From: Gammaproteobacteria bacterium
Lineage (GTDB): Bacteria > Pseudomonadota > Gammaproteobacteria > JBCCGL01
Direction of reading: 5' to 3'
NCBI GenBank assembly: GCA_965277715.1
Contig: OZ255836.1
Span: 2,656,001 to 2,720,000, forward strand
DNA length: 64,000 nucleotides
Shown: in pieces, positions 1-9,506 of the stretch
Layout: every line of letters starts with the position of its first letter
How positions within the stretch are numbered: the stretch's first letter is position 1
Notes under the pieces: generated by a model
Database searches by the model: none
What the model was told of the DNA's origin: nothing
Seen by the model: only the letters and a program-made list of their open reading frames with translations
Made by a program: the position numbers and the translations under genes

Positions 1-193
1 CGGTTAAAAATGCCGTGTTATCAAGAATAAATTCGTCTTCATATATTTGATGCGTTCGGCTGCTGATAGCAATGCCGATAAAATCATCATAGGGAAGGTT
101 ATCTTTGAAAACTAGAACAGGCCGCTTTTTACTGGCTCTGGTGTCGCTGAAATAAAACTCACATAATACGACATCAGCTATGTTTACTTCCAT
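1..193 (-). CDS. PemK/MazF-family toxin, runs off the window edge (not in ORF track)
   Basis: Manual translation from ATG at 193 gives MEVNIADVVLCEFYFSDTRASKKRPVLVFKDNLPYDDFIGIAISS. The F-S-D...K-RP-vlv and isS pattern is typical of PemK/MazF. It overlaps the stop of the upstream small gene. Confidence 0.75.
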   Translation of the reverse strand, partial: MEVNIADVVLCEFYFSDTRASKKRPVLVFKDNLPYDDFIGIAISSRTHQIYEDEFILDNTAFLT

Positions 194-393
194 ATATCAT
201 CTTCTTCGTTGTCCAGCCAGTGCTCAATTGTGCCCGCACTATGGTTTGAGTAAGCGATGATATCGGATACATCCGCTTCAGATACTTGGTTATCCTGTGC
301 ACAGCGTTGCCTTATAAAAAGAAAAAAATCATACACTTCTCGCTGTGCCTGTTCAGGCAGTGCTTGCCATTCCAGCTCTTTAATAGCCCGCAT
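184..393 (-). CDS. Putative antitoxin (DUF2281-like)
   Basis: Small acidic protein with LPEQAQREVYDFFLFI motif and acidic C-terminus (EEDDIWK), overlapping the toxin start. Start moved to ATG 393. Confidence 0.65.
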   Translation of the reverse strand: MRAIKELEWQALPEQAQREVYDFFLFIRQRCAQDNQVSEADVSDIIAYSNHSAGTIEHWLDNEEDDIWK

Positions 394-524
394 TAGTATG
401 CCCGCCAAATAGGTTAAACGCTATGATAGCGTAAATTTTTACAGCGGCAATAGCTCTCGGCAAGCCATTCCCCCAACCACGGTGTAGAGCGTGTGACGTT
501 TTTCTGGCATGTGTCTACAAACGT

Positions 525-2498
525 CTAAACAATAGCAACAGCCGCCCGCATTCCTTCCAAGATCGCCTCTTCTGCGGTGCGCGGTGACAGGCAGTCACCC
601 GCCAGGTACACCGCGCAATCTAAGCCGTGCACTGCCCGTTCAAGCGCGGTGTCTGCCACGTGCCCCAGGGAGGTTACCAGGGTATCGACACCCTCACAGA
701 TTACCGGCTCATCGCTGGTGGTGTTTTGCAGGTATACGGTCTCTTCATCCGCCGCGCATAAACGCACGTAGGGGATAATCTCGACACCGAGCCTGTGCAA
801 GGTGCCCAGCCATTGAAAACGTATATACATCGGGACGTTTTCACCGGCGGTGCTGCCATTCACGGCGAGGCGTACATGGCAGCCATCACGGGCCAGCTTT
901 TCTGCCACGCCGAGGCCAATCCAGTCACAGCGCCAGTCGGCGATTACCACGCGCTGGCCGGTTTTTGCTTTCCCCTGTAATAAATCCCACACATCGACGC
1001 AATGGCTGTCAGCAAACGCATCGCCGCTAACGGTGCGCGGTTGTGCGCCTGTGGCGATAATCAAGGCATCGGCAGACAGGGTGCCAAGCCACTCACGTGT
1101 AACGGGTGTATTGAGCGTGACGCCCACCCCGTAACGCGCAATTTCATTTTCCAGGTTAGTGATTAGGCCACCAAATTCGGCGCGGCCCGGTAGCTGTTGT
1201 GCCAGTAGTGCTTGCCCACCCAGCCGGGCGCCGGATTCGTACAGGTTAACGCGGTGGCCGCGCTGCGCGGCGATGACCGCTGCCTTCATGCCCGCCGGGC
1301 CGCCCCCGGCAACCACGATGTTTTTAGGGTGGCTCGCGGGTGTCAACGACTGCCATTGGCGCTCGCGACCCGCTACCGGGTTTTGGATACACGACACCGG
1401 CAGGCCACTGTGCATATGGCCGATACACGCCTGGTTGCAGCCGATGCAGGCGCGCACGCTGTCGAGCTTGCCCGCCTGGGTTTTATTCGGCATATCCGGG
1501 TCGCTGATTAAGGCACGCGTCATGCCACATAAATCGGCCTGCCCGCTGCGCAATACGCGCTCGGCGTCCTGTGGTTGGTTGATGCGGCCAACCACCAGCA
1601 CCGGGCAGCGCACTTTGCTTTTTACCAGGGCGGCCAGGGGTGCGGTGTACGCCACGTCAATAGTCATGGGGGGAACTACATGCACCGAACCCGTTAAACC
1701 GGCCATGGAGCCAGCGGTGATATTGAAATAGTCAAAGTCGCCACCTTGATCCAGTGCCACCAGGGCATCGACAACGGCATCTGCCCGCAAGCCGTCGTGC
1801 TGCATTTCATCGGCGGAGATACGCAAGCCCAGTACCCAGCCGGGGGCGGTCTTGGCGCGAATGTTGGCGGCGATTTCGCGGATAAACCGCAGCCTGTTTG
1901 CATCGCTGCCACCGTATTCATCCTCGCGCCGGTTTACTGCCGGGTTGAGAAACTGTGCCGCCAGCAAGCCGTGGCTGGCGAGCACTTCGACGCCATCCAG
2001 CCCGGCCTGGTACATTCTCGACGCGGCATCACCGTAGCTGTCGATCAGCTCGCGCACCATCGCCCGTGGCAACTGGCGCGGTTGATTGTGGAAGCGCTCA
2101 TCCGGTGTATCGCTGGCGGATAAGGTCACCGGCAGGCTGCCGTCGCGTGAACCACCCAGTACCCGGCCAGGGTGGCTGACCTGGCCGAACAAGCTGGCAC
2201 CGTGTGCGTGCACGGCGTCGGCGATACTCCGGTAACCGGCAATGCAGTCGTCACGCGAGGCATCGACGATGCTACCAGCGGTAACCGCAGAGGCGTGCAC
2301 ACGCGCCGACTCCATAATAATCAGCCCGGCACCCCCCGCTGCCCGCGCCTGGTGATAAGCCAGCATTTGCCCGCCGGGCACGCCCGCGCTCGCCATCATG
2401 GTCATGTGCCCGGTGGAGACGATACGGTTGCGCAGCGCCAGTGTGCGCAAGGTGAGCGGGGCAAATAAATGCGGAAACTGTGTCGTCATAAACTCCAC
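525..2498 (-). CDS. NADH:flavin oxidoreductase (Old Yellow Enzyme TIM barrel + 4Fe-4S + FAD domain)
   Basis: LFAPL...LRNRIV, HGLLAAQFL, NRREDEYGGS, CIGCNQAC cluster motif and GGGPAGM FAD-binding motif. Confidence 0.9.
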   Translation of the reverse strand: MEFMTTQFPHLFAPLTLRTLALRNRIVSTGHMTMMASAGVPGGQMLAYHQARAAGGAGLIIMESARVHASAVTAGSIVDASRDDCIAGYRSIADAVHAHGASLFGQVSHPGRVLGGSRDGSLPVTLSASDTPDERFHNQPRQLPRAMVRELIDSYGDAASRMYQAGLDGVEVLASHGLLAAQFLNPAVNRREDEYGGSDANRLRFIREIAANIRAKTAPGWVLGLRISADEMQHDGLRADAVVDALVALDQGGDFDYFNITAGSMAGLTGSVHVVPPMTIDVAYTAPLAALVKSKVRCPVLVVGRINQPQDAERVLRSGQADLCGMTRALISDPDMPNKTQAGKLDSVRACIGCNQACIGHMHSGLPVSCIQNPVAGRERQWQSLTPASHPKNIVVAGGGPAGMKAAVIAAQRGHRVNLYESGARLGGQALLAQQLPGRAEFGGLITNLENEIARYGVGVTLNTPVTREWLGTLSADALIIATGAQPRTVSGDAFADSHCVDVWDLLQGKAKTGQRVVIADWRCDWIGLGVAEKLARDGCHVRLAVNGSTAGENVPMYIRFQWLGTLHRLGVEIIPYVRLCAADEETVYLQNTTSDEPVICEGVDTLVTSLGHVADTALERAVHGLDCAVYLAGDCLSPRTAEEAILEGMRAAVAIV

Positions 2499-2558
2499 TC
2501 TCTAAGTGTGACGGCTGTTTTCCTGACGATAAACGTGTCGTCAGTGGCGTATAGCACT

Positions 2559-2576
2559 TTGTTACAAATTGTTACA
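2559..2576. promoter_or_regulatory. OmpR/CpxR-type direct repeat
   Basis: TTGTTACA-aa-TTGTTACA (10-bp period), which reads GTAAC-N5-GTAAC on the minus strand and resembles the CpxR box GTAAA-N5-GTAAA. Lies upstream of a Spy/CpxP-like gene. Confidence 0.55.
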
Positions 2577-2659
2577 CACCGTTAACCGGGCGAAAAGATT
2601 AAACGTATTTGCACCGGCACAATACACACACATTCAATCAACCCAACGGAGACAAATCC

Positions 2660-3133
2660 ATGAATGATGTCAACAATAAAATGCCGCGCAACAAGAAAAT
2701 CACCCTGATTGTCGGCGGGGTAATCCTGCTTGGCTCTCTCGCCGCTTTTGCCGGTGGTAAAGCGTACCGGCACCACGGGGGCCACGGCAGCTATATGCTC
2801 GAACATGTCAGCGATGATCTCAAGCTCGATAACGCACAGCGCGCCCAGCTCGAATCACTGGGCAGTGCGTTAATACAGGCAAAACAGACGCTGCGCAATG
2901 GCGATGCCCTGACCTCAGTGCTGGCGTCGATTCAGGGCGAGGCACTCGATCAATCCGCACTGACGGCGTTGGTTGACAATAAGCTCAATGCAGCGCGGCA
3001 ACAGTCACCGCAGATTATCAGCGCCCTGGCGGGGTTTTACGATTCACTAAACTATGAACAACAGCAGCAGGCGCGGGCAAAGCTTGAGCGTATAGCCACG
3101 CGCATTAAATCACATGGCCACGACGATGATTAA
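2660..3133 (+). CDS. Spy/CpxP-family periplasmic protein
   Basis: N-terminal signal/TM segment, His/Gly-rich stretch, two LTxxQ-like motifs (LKLDNAQ, LNYEQQQQ); GGAGA RBS before ATG 2660. Confidence 0.7.
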   Translation: MNDVNNKMPRNKKITLIVGGVILLGSLAAFAGGKAYRHHGGHGSYMLEHVSDDLKLDNAQRAQLESLGSALIQAKQTLRNGDALTSVLASIQGEALDQSALTALVDNKLNAARQQSPQIISALAGFYDSLNYEQQQQARAKLERIATRIKSHGHDDD

Positions 3134-3260
3134 TTTAAGTTAACTGTGTATAGACAGTCTGCGGTGAGGGTGGGTCAGTGTGCCCACGCTTGCCGCAGCC
3201 CTTACCACGCTATTGGCAAAGGGGTTATTATGCAAATGCACACCGCTACCCACTTTCTGT

Positions 3261-3950
3261 ATGCACACTATCTTACTTATCGACGATGATGAAAAACTGG
3301 CCGATTTGCTGAGCCGGTATTTCAAGCAGCACAACCTGACGTTACACCACGCGGCAACCCCTTCGCAGGGGTTTTTGCTACTGGAGCAGAAGGCGGCGTT
3401 CGCGCTGGTTATTCTCGATATTATGTTGCCGGAAATGGATGGCTTTGAGGTGTGCCGCCGTTTGCGGCAGCACTGTCAGCTACCCATTTTGATGCTGACG
3501 GCGCGTGGTGAGGTGATGGACCGTATCGTCGGCCTGGAACTGGGGGCCGACGATTATATGGCCAAGCCATTCGAGCCTCGCGAGCTGGTGGCGCGGATTC
3601 ACCGTATTCTCAAACGCGCACAAACCACTGCGAAAACCGATGATAAAGCGGATAAACACCTGTCATTCGGTGCACTGACTATCGATACACAAAAACTGGA
3701 GGCGACATTGAACCAACAAGTGCTGCCCCTCAGTCACCTGGAATACCAGTTGCTGGCGCTGTTTGCGCGCAGGGTGGACACGGTGTTGAGCCGCGATGAT
3801 ATTTTAAATGCGCTCAAAGGCACAGAAGCCGATTTGTTTACCCGCTCGGTCGATATACTGGTCAGCCGTTTGCGGCAAAAGTTAAAGCCCGCCGACCCGA
3901 TAAAAACAGTGCGCAGCGCCGGTTACCGGTTTACCGGTGTGGTCACGTGA
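3261..3950 (+). CDS. OmpR-family response regulator
   Basis: ILLIDDD, LDIMLP, GADDYMAKPF and winged-helix KTVRSAGY. Start moved to ATG 3261. Confidence 0.93.
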   Translation: MHTILLIDDDEKLADLLSRYFKQHNLTLHHAATPSQGFLLLEQKAAFALVILDIMLPEMDGFEVCRRLRQHCQLPILMLTARGEVMDRIVGLELGADDYMAKPFEPRELVARIHRILKRAQTTAKTDDKADKHLSFGALTIDTQKLEATLNQQVLPLSHLEYQLLALFARRVDTVLSRDDILNALKGTEADLFTRSVDILVSRLRQKLKPADPIKTVRSAGYRFTGVVT

Positions 3951-5290
3951 TAAAGCGTTTGCTGTGGTGGTGGCCGCTGTTGTGGCGTGGCTTGACCATT
4001 AAGCTTATTTTGATTTACCTGGGTGTTATTCTGCTTGGCGTATTATTGGTTGGCGGCGCGATGCGCCACGCGTTCAGAGAGGGTTATCAGCACAATATCA
4101 AACCCCATCTCATCCACTATATCCACTATCTGCGTGAAGACCTTGGCGATCCGCCGGATAAGCTAAAAGCGCAACAATTGTCCGCCAAAATCCCGGTGGA
4201 AATCTATTTCCAAAGCAGTCAGGCACAATGGTCGACGACCGGGCGGGCCTACCCCGAGCTGGACGATATCGATTACTGGCGGCACCGCAAACACCGCTAC
4301 GGCAGCATAAAATTTGCCCACAACGAGGGCGATAATATCGCCATAATCACAGCGGATACGTACACACTCTTGTTTATCAGCCCAGATGGTGATGAGCACT
4401 GGCGGCCAATTATGTTGCTGCCGCTACTTATCGTCATCGCCGCATTTATCCTGCTCTACTACCTGACACAGCGGTTGTTCGCGCCGCTGCACATTATTCG
4501 CAAGGCGGTCAACGCCTTCGGTGGGGGCGACCTTGCACAGCGCCTGGCGATTACCCGCCGCGATGAGCTTGGCGATGTCGCGACCAGCTTCAACCACATG
4601 GCCGACCGCATACAAAATATGCTCGAATCCAAGCGTGCAATGCTATTGGCCATCAGCCATGAACTGCGCTCACCGCTGACCCGTGCAAAGCTCGCCGTGG
4701 CCATGCTCGACGATAAAAAGCAACGCGATGAAATTGAAGACGAACTGACCGAAATGGCGTCGCTGATTGGTGAGTTATTGGAAACCGAACGCCTCAACGC
4801 CGGCCACAGTGCGCTCAACCTTGAGCCGGTCGATATGATTGATTTACTCACAGCCAGTGTTGAGTCACTGGGCGCAGCGGTTCAATGCACACTGCCCACC
4901 GGCCCTCTCTGGTTGCAGGCCGATGCAGTCCGCCTGCGCCTGGTGATGAAAAACCTGCTGGAAAATGCCCTGAAATACACCCCGGCGGCGCAGCCGATAC
5001 CCGAAGTAGGTGTACGCCACGCAAACACACAGATTGAAATCGCCGTGCGCGACCACGGCCCCGGTATTGCCGCAGCGCACCTGGCCCATATTTGCGAACC
5101 CTTCTACCGTGTCGACCCGGCACGCCAGCGCGCCACTGGCGGCTACGGCTTGGGCTTGTATTTGTGCCGGGTTATTGTCGAGGCGCACCACGGCACATTG
5201 CGTGTGGCGAGCACGGTCGATCAGGGAACCTGTATTACGCTTTTACTGCCAGTGGCATCACCATCACGATTACTACAGGCATCGGCGTAG
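3947..5290 (+). CDS. HAMP-domain sensor histidine kinase
   Basis: Two TM segments, HAMP, ISHELRSPL H-box, NLLENALKY, DHGPGI and GYGLGL boxes. Confidence 0.93.
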   Translation: MIKRLLWWWPLLWRGLTIKLILIYLGVILLGVLLVGGAMRHAFREGYQHNIKPHLIHYIHYLREDLGDPPDKLKAQQLSAKIPVEIYFQSSQAQWSTTGRAYPELDDIDYWRHRKHRYGSIKFAHNEGDNIAIITADTYTLLFISPDGDEHWRPIMLLPLLIVIAAFILLYYLTQRLFAPLHIIRKAVNAFGGGDLAQRLAITRRDELGDVATSFNHMADRIQNMLESKRAMLLAISHELRSPLTRAKLAVAMLDDKKQRDEIEDELTEMASLIGELLETERLNAGHSALNLEPVDMIDLLTASVESLGAAVQCTLPTGPLWLQADAVRLRLVMKNLLENALKYTPAAQPIPEVGVRHANTQIEIAVRDHGPGIAAAHLAHICEPFYRVDPARQRATGGYGLGLYLCRVIVEAHHGTLRVASTVDQGTCITLLLPVASPSRLLQASA

Positions 5291-5432
5291 ATACTGGTCT
5301 CATCTAACGCAAATAGCTGGATCTATATCCCCTTACAGTGATCGGCCTACACTCGGTTGCATAGCCATTAATGGCATATAAGAACGCCCGTTCTGTACGG
5401 GTGATCATTTGATTTTTGTGAGGACAAACACC

Positions 5433-6815
5433 ATGGGTTACGATGTAAACGAATTTGACCGGGATGCGGTGGTCAGTGGCGATAAGGCGCACGTGTGGCA
5501 CCACCTGTCACAGCACAAAGCCTATGAAACCAATGACCCGATGGTGATTGTCGAGGGCAAGGGTATGCGCGTGTGGGACGCCAACGGCAGGGAGTATCTG
5601 GATGCGGTGTCCGGTGGTGTATGGACAGTGAATGTCGGCTATGGCCGCGCCAGCATCGCCAAGGTCGTGCACGATCAACTGCTGAAAATGAATTACTTCG
5701 CGGGTGTGCAGGGCAGTGTGCCCGGCGCCCTGTTCGCCAGTGCCCTGATCGACAAAATGCCCGGCATGAGCCGTGTTTACTATTCTAACTCCGGCTCTGA
5801 GGCCAACGAAAAAGGCTTTAAAATTGTCCGCCAGATCGCCGATCGCAAGCACGATGGCAAAAAGCACAAGGTGCTGTTTCGCGAGCGCGATTACCACGGC
5901 ACCACCATCACCGCGCTGAGTGCCACCGGCCAGCTCGAACGCAAAAAACAATACGGGCCTTTCACCCCCGGTTTTGTCGAAGTGCCCCACTGCTGTGAAT
6001 ACCGTTCACAATGGGGGGATGTCGACGATTACGGCGTGCGTGCCGCCAATGAAATCGAGCGGGTTATCCTCGAAGAAGACCCGGATACCATCGGCGCCCT
6101 GTGCCTTGAGCCGATCACGGCAGGTGGGGGCGTTATTACCCCGCCAGAAGGCTACTGGGAACGCGTGCAGGAAATTTGTAAAAAATACCAGATCCTGCTG
6201 CACATCGACGAAGTGGTTTGCGGTGTTGGCCGCACGGGCAAATGGTTTGGTTATCAACACTACGGCGTTAAGCCGGATATCGTCACCATGGCCAAGGGTG
6301 TCGCCTCGGGTTATGCCGCCATTTCCTGTACGGTGACCACCGAAGCGGTGTTTGATGAGTTTAAAGAAGATCCATCCGATCAAATGAGCTACTTCCGCGA
6401 CATCTCCACCTTTGGCGGTTGTACCGCTGGCCCGGCAGCGGCCTTGGAAAATATGCGCATTATCGAAGCGGAAAACCTGCTACAAAACGTCGTCGATCAA
6501 GGCGATTACCTGGCTGGTCGTTTGCTGGAATTGAAAGACAAGCACAGTATTATTGGCGATGTGCGCGGTAAAGGCTTATTCCAGGGTATCGAGCTGGTGA
6601 AAGACCGCACTACCAAGGTGCCGGTGGATGAGTCGGTTGCGATTAAGGTGGCCGCTGCGTGTTTGAGTCAGGGCGTGATGATTGGCCGTACCAACCGCAG
6701 CTTCCGCGATTTGAATAACACCCTGTGCCTTAGCCCGGCATTGATTTGTACCAATGACGATATCGATAACATTGTCGATGCGATCGATGTGGCGTTGGGT
6801 AGTGTGCAGGTCTGA
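5433..6815 (+). CDS. tpa: Class III aminotransferase, probably taurine-pyruvate aminotransferase
   Basis: DEVVCGVGRTG and TMAKG PLP motifs. The N-terminus (HVWHHLSQHK...DAVSGGVWTVNVGYGR) and YFRDISTFGGC are as I recall for marine Tpa proteins. Confidence 0.75.
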   Translation: MGYDVNEFDRDAVVSGDKAHVWHHLSQHKAYETNDPMVIVEGKGMRVWDANGREYLDAVSGGVWTVNVGYGRASIAKVVHDQLLKMNYFAGVQGSVPGALFASALIDKMPGMSRVYYSNSGSEANEKGFKIVRQIADRKHDGKKHKVLFRERDYHGTTITALSATGQLERKKQYGPFTPGFVEVPHCCEYRSQWGDVDDYGVRAANEIERVILEEDPDTIGALCLEPITAGGGVITPPEGYWERVQEICKKYQILLHIDEVVCGVGRTGKWFGYQHYGVKPDIVTMAKGVASGYAAISCTVTTEAVFDEFKEDPSDQMSYFRDISTFGGCTAGPAAALENMRIIEAENLLQNVVDQGDYLAGRLLELKDKHSIIGDVRGKGLFQGIELVKDRTTKVPVDESVAIKVAAACLSQGVMIGRTNRSFRDLNNTLCLSPALICTNDDIDNIVDAIDVALGSVQV

Positions 6816-6856
6816 TGCCATTGAAGGAGAGTCGCTGCAATAGCGCGGGATAATGG

Positions 6857-6895
6857 CACCCCCACCCCCTCTTTGCTAAAGAGGGAGTGGGGGTG
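6857..6895. terminator. Hairpin between convergent tpa and rpoH
   Basis: CACCCCCACCCCCTCTTT-gct-AAAGAGGGAGTGGGGGTG near-perfect inverted repeat. Confidence 0.6.
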
Positions 6896-6902
6896 TTTAA
6901 GT

Positions 6903-7769
6903 TTAAGCGGCGAGAATATGCCCTTTAAGCTTTTTCATTGCATTTTTTTCAAGCTGGCGAATGCGCTCGGCGGAAACCTGATACTCATCGGCAAGCTCGT
7001 GTAATGTCGCTTTGCTGTCACTCAGCCAGCGGCGCTGGATGATTGTACGGCTGCGATCGTCGAGCTCTTCCAGTGCGCTGCCGAGATTAGTGTAGTCATT
7101 TTCACTCTGATCAGATGATTCCAGCAGGGCGGCGGGGTCTGGTTCGTGCGCACGCAAGTAGTTGGCCGGTGCGGAAACCAGCTCGCCCTCGTCACTGCCA
7201 ACCGGAAGATCGAATGAAGGGTCGCTGCACCACAGGCGGTTTTCCATCTCCATCACCGTTTCCCGTGCTACCCCAAGATCATCGGCCACGGCGTCTACCT
7301 CATCAGCGGTGAACCAGCCAAATGACTTTTTGGCGCTGCGCAGTTTGAAAAACAATTTGCGCTGCGCCTTGGTGGTGGCGACTTTGACAATGCGCCAGTT
7401 GCGAATCACAAATTCGTGAATCTCTGCACGAATCCAGTGCACCGCGAAGGAAATCAAGCGCACACCCACTTCCGGGTCGAAGCGCTTGACCGCTTTCATC
7501 AGGCCAATATTGCCCTCCTGCACCAGGTCAGACAGCGGCAGGCCATAACCGCCATAACTGCGGGCGATGTGTACCACAAAGCGTAGCTGCGACATAACCA
7601 GCTTTTTCGCCGCCTCCAGGTCACCCTTGTCACGCAGCCGAACAGCCAGGTCTTTTTCCTCTTCACTGCTGAGGAAGGGAATATCGGCAATTTGTTGTAA
7701 ATACCCGTTGAGGTCGCCCGTGGCTACCGGTAGGGAATAATGTTGATTGCTGGCAACTAATGCATTCAT
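6903..7769 (-). CDS. rpoH: RNA polymerase sigma-32
   Basis: DLVQEGNIGLMKAVKRFDP, RpoH box QRKLFFKLR, VSAERIRQLE; follows ftsX. Likely start ATG 7769. Confidence 0.96.
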   Translation of the reverse strand: MNALVASNQHYSLPVATGDLNGYLQQIADIPFLSSEEEKDLAVRLRDKGDLEAAKKLVMSQLRFVVHIARSYGGYGLPLSDLVQEGNIGLMKAVKRFDPEVGVRLISFAVHWIRAEIHEFVIRNWRIVKVATTKAQRKLFFKLRSAKKSFGWFTADEVDAVADDLGVARETVMEMENRLWCSDPSFDLPVGSDEGELVSAPANYLRAHEPDPAALLESSDQSENDYTNLGSALEELDDRSRTIIQRRWLSDSKATLHELADEYQVSAERIRQLEKNAMKKLKGHILAA

Positions 7770-7810
7770 AACATGCTCCTGCAGTGTGGTATAAGGTATT
7801 GTGAGTAATT

Positions 7811-7837
7811 TTAGCACTCATCACCTGAGAGTGCTAA
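7811..7837. promoter_or_regulatory. CIRCE element (HrcA operator)
   Basis: TTAGCACTC-ATCACCTGA-GAGTGCTAA is an exact TTAGCACTC-N9-GAGTGCTAA consensus, about 40 bp upstream of rpoH. Confidence 0.92.
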
Positions 7838-7864
7838 TCAACCTGAAAGTTCTGTAATGAAACG

Positions 7865-8854
7865 CTATTTCGGCTCTATCTCGCGCAGGTGCCGCCCGAC
7901 TGACAACCAGGAGCCCACCAGGCCCAGTAGCGTGCTAATGGTGATCAGTAATAAAACTATCCCGCCATCGATCTCCACCAGTTCAAAGGCGCTGCCATAG
8001 AGCGCGGCCAGGTAGTTGGCGGGTGTATCGAGAAAACGCAAACCGGTGATGACCAGGAGGGCGCTGAGTACGCCGCCAAAAAAACCGTACAGCAGCCCGC
8101 CGTAAAGAAATGGTCTGCGCACAAACGCATTGGTTGCCCCAATCAGTTTGATCACGACAATTTCCTCGCGCCGGTTGTGAATATCGAGGCGGATGGTGTT
8201 GCCGATGGTCAGCAATACCGCCACACCGAGCAGGCCGCCGATAACCAGTACAGCGCGCTGTAAAAGGTCAATAATGGCATTAAACCGCTGTATCCACTCA
8301 AGGTCTACCTGTGCGGTTTCCACTTCGCTGTGTTGTTGCAGTTGCATGGCCAGTTGTTGCAATTGATCCGGCGAGGTCGATTCAGCGTGCAGGCTCAAGA
8401 CAATGGCGGCGGGCAGTGGGTTTTCATCGAGGCTGTCGAGTACCTCACCAAAACCCGAGAGTACGCGAAACGTGGCCAGTGCCTCGTCGCGGCCAATAAA
8501 CCGGGTGCTCTCGATGGCGGGGTGGTCTTTCAATTCGCGTGCCAGGTTGACGCCACTGGTATCGTCGACGCCCGCCTCCAGGTACAGAGTGATATTACCC
8601 GCGATATCCCAGTTATTGCTGATGGACTGCACATTGCTCAACAGCATCGTCAAGGCGGCGGGCAACGCCAGGGCGATAGAGATCACCAGGCAGGTCATCA
8701 GGCTGGAAATTGGTGTTTGCCGGAATTTGCCAGCGCTAAAATGCAATGCCTCCAGGTGGTTATCACCCCAGCCAAGCAGATATGTAAACCACCCTGGGCG
8801 GTTCTTTTTGGCGCCACGGCGTGGCGCCACCGGGTTACGCGCCACTAAAGCCAT
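7865..8854 (-). CDS. ftsX: Cell division permease FtsX
   Basis: NPLP motif, NTIRL...RREEI...KLIGAT..FVRRPFLY; ftsYEX-rpoH synteny. Confidence 0.95.
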   Translation of the reverse strand: MALVARNPVAPRRGAKKNRPGWFTYLLGWGDNHLEALHFSAGKFRQTPISSLMTCLVISIALALPAALTMLLSNVQSISNNWDIAGNITLYLEAGVDDTSGVNLARELKDHPAIESTRFIGRDEALATFRVLSGFGEVLDSLDENPLPAAIVLSLHAESTSPDQLQQLAMQLQQHSEVETAQVDLEWIQRFNAIIDLLQRAVLVIGGLLGVAVLLTIGNTIRLDIHNRREEIVVIKLIGATNAFVRRPFLYGGLLYGFFGGVLSALLVITGLRFLDTPANYLAALYGSAFELVEIDGGIVLLLITISTLLGLVGSWLSVGRHLREIEPK

Positions 8855-9506
8855 CCTCTACCAACCGCCCTTGTGCCAGCGTCAGCAACGGTGCATTCAT
8901 CGACCTGATCAGGGCAATATCGTGGCTGGCGACCAGGACGGTAACCCCCACCTGATTAAATTGTTGAAACAGTGCCATAATTTCTGTCGAGAGCACCGGG
9001 TCGAGGTTGCCGGTCGGTTCGTCAGCCATCAGCAGCACTGGCCGGTTGACCACGGCGCGGGCAATCCCCACGCGCTGTTGCTCACCACCTGAGAGGCTGG
9101 CCGGGTTAACCTTTTCCTTATTCAACAGGCCAACCTTATCCAGCGCGGCGCGTACCCGGCGCGGAATATCGTGCTTGCCAAAACCAGAGATAACCAGTGG
9201 CAGGGCCACATTGTCGTACACCGAGCGGTCAAACAACAATTGGTGGTTCTGGAATACGATGCCCATTTCACGGCGCAAGTAGGGGATTTTGCGTTTGCTC
9301 AGCTTGCCCAGGTTCTGGCCTTTTATCAGCACCTGCCCGCGTGTGCTGAATTCAATCGCCGCAATCAATTTAAGCAATGTGCTCTTGCCCGCCCCGGAGT
9401 GGCCGGTTAAAAAACCAAACGCTCCGGTGGGAAGGGTGAAATTTATATTGCTCAGTGCATCGCCACCACCGGGGTAGCGTTTACTGACATTTTCAAAGTG
9501 GATCAT
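8835..9506 (-). CDS. ftsE: Cell division ATP-binding protein FtsE
   Basis: GHSGAGKST, LSGGEQQRV, ADEPTGNLD. Confidence 0.96.
   Translation of the reverse strand: MIHFENVSKRYPGGGDALSNINFTLPTGAFGFLTGHSGAGKSTLLKLIAAIEFSTRGQVLIKGQNLGKLSKRKIPYLRREMGIVFQNHQLLFDRSVYDNVALPLVISGFGKHDIPRRVRAALDKVGLLNKEKVNPASLSGGEQQRVGIARAVVNRPVLLMADEPTGNLDPVLSTEIMALFQQFNQVGVTVLVASHDIALIRSMNAPLLTLAQGRLVEDGFSGA

Noticed and set aside
577-2468. Numerous short plus-strand ORFs within the oxidoreductase (and similar shadow ORFs across the window)
   Set aside because: They are antisense or alternative frames of well-supported GC-rich genes and carry no recognisable motifs.
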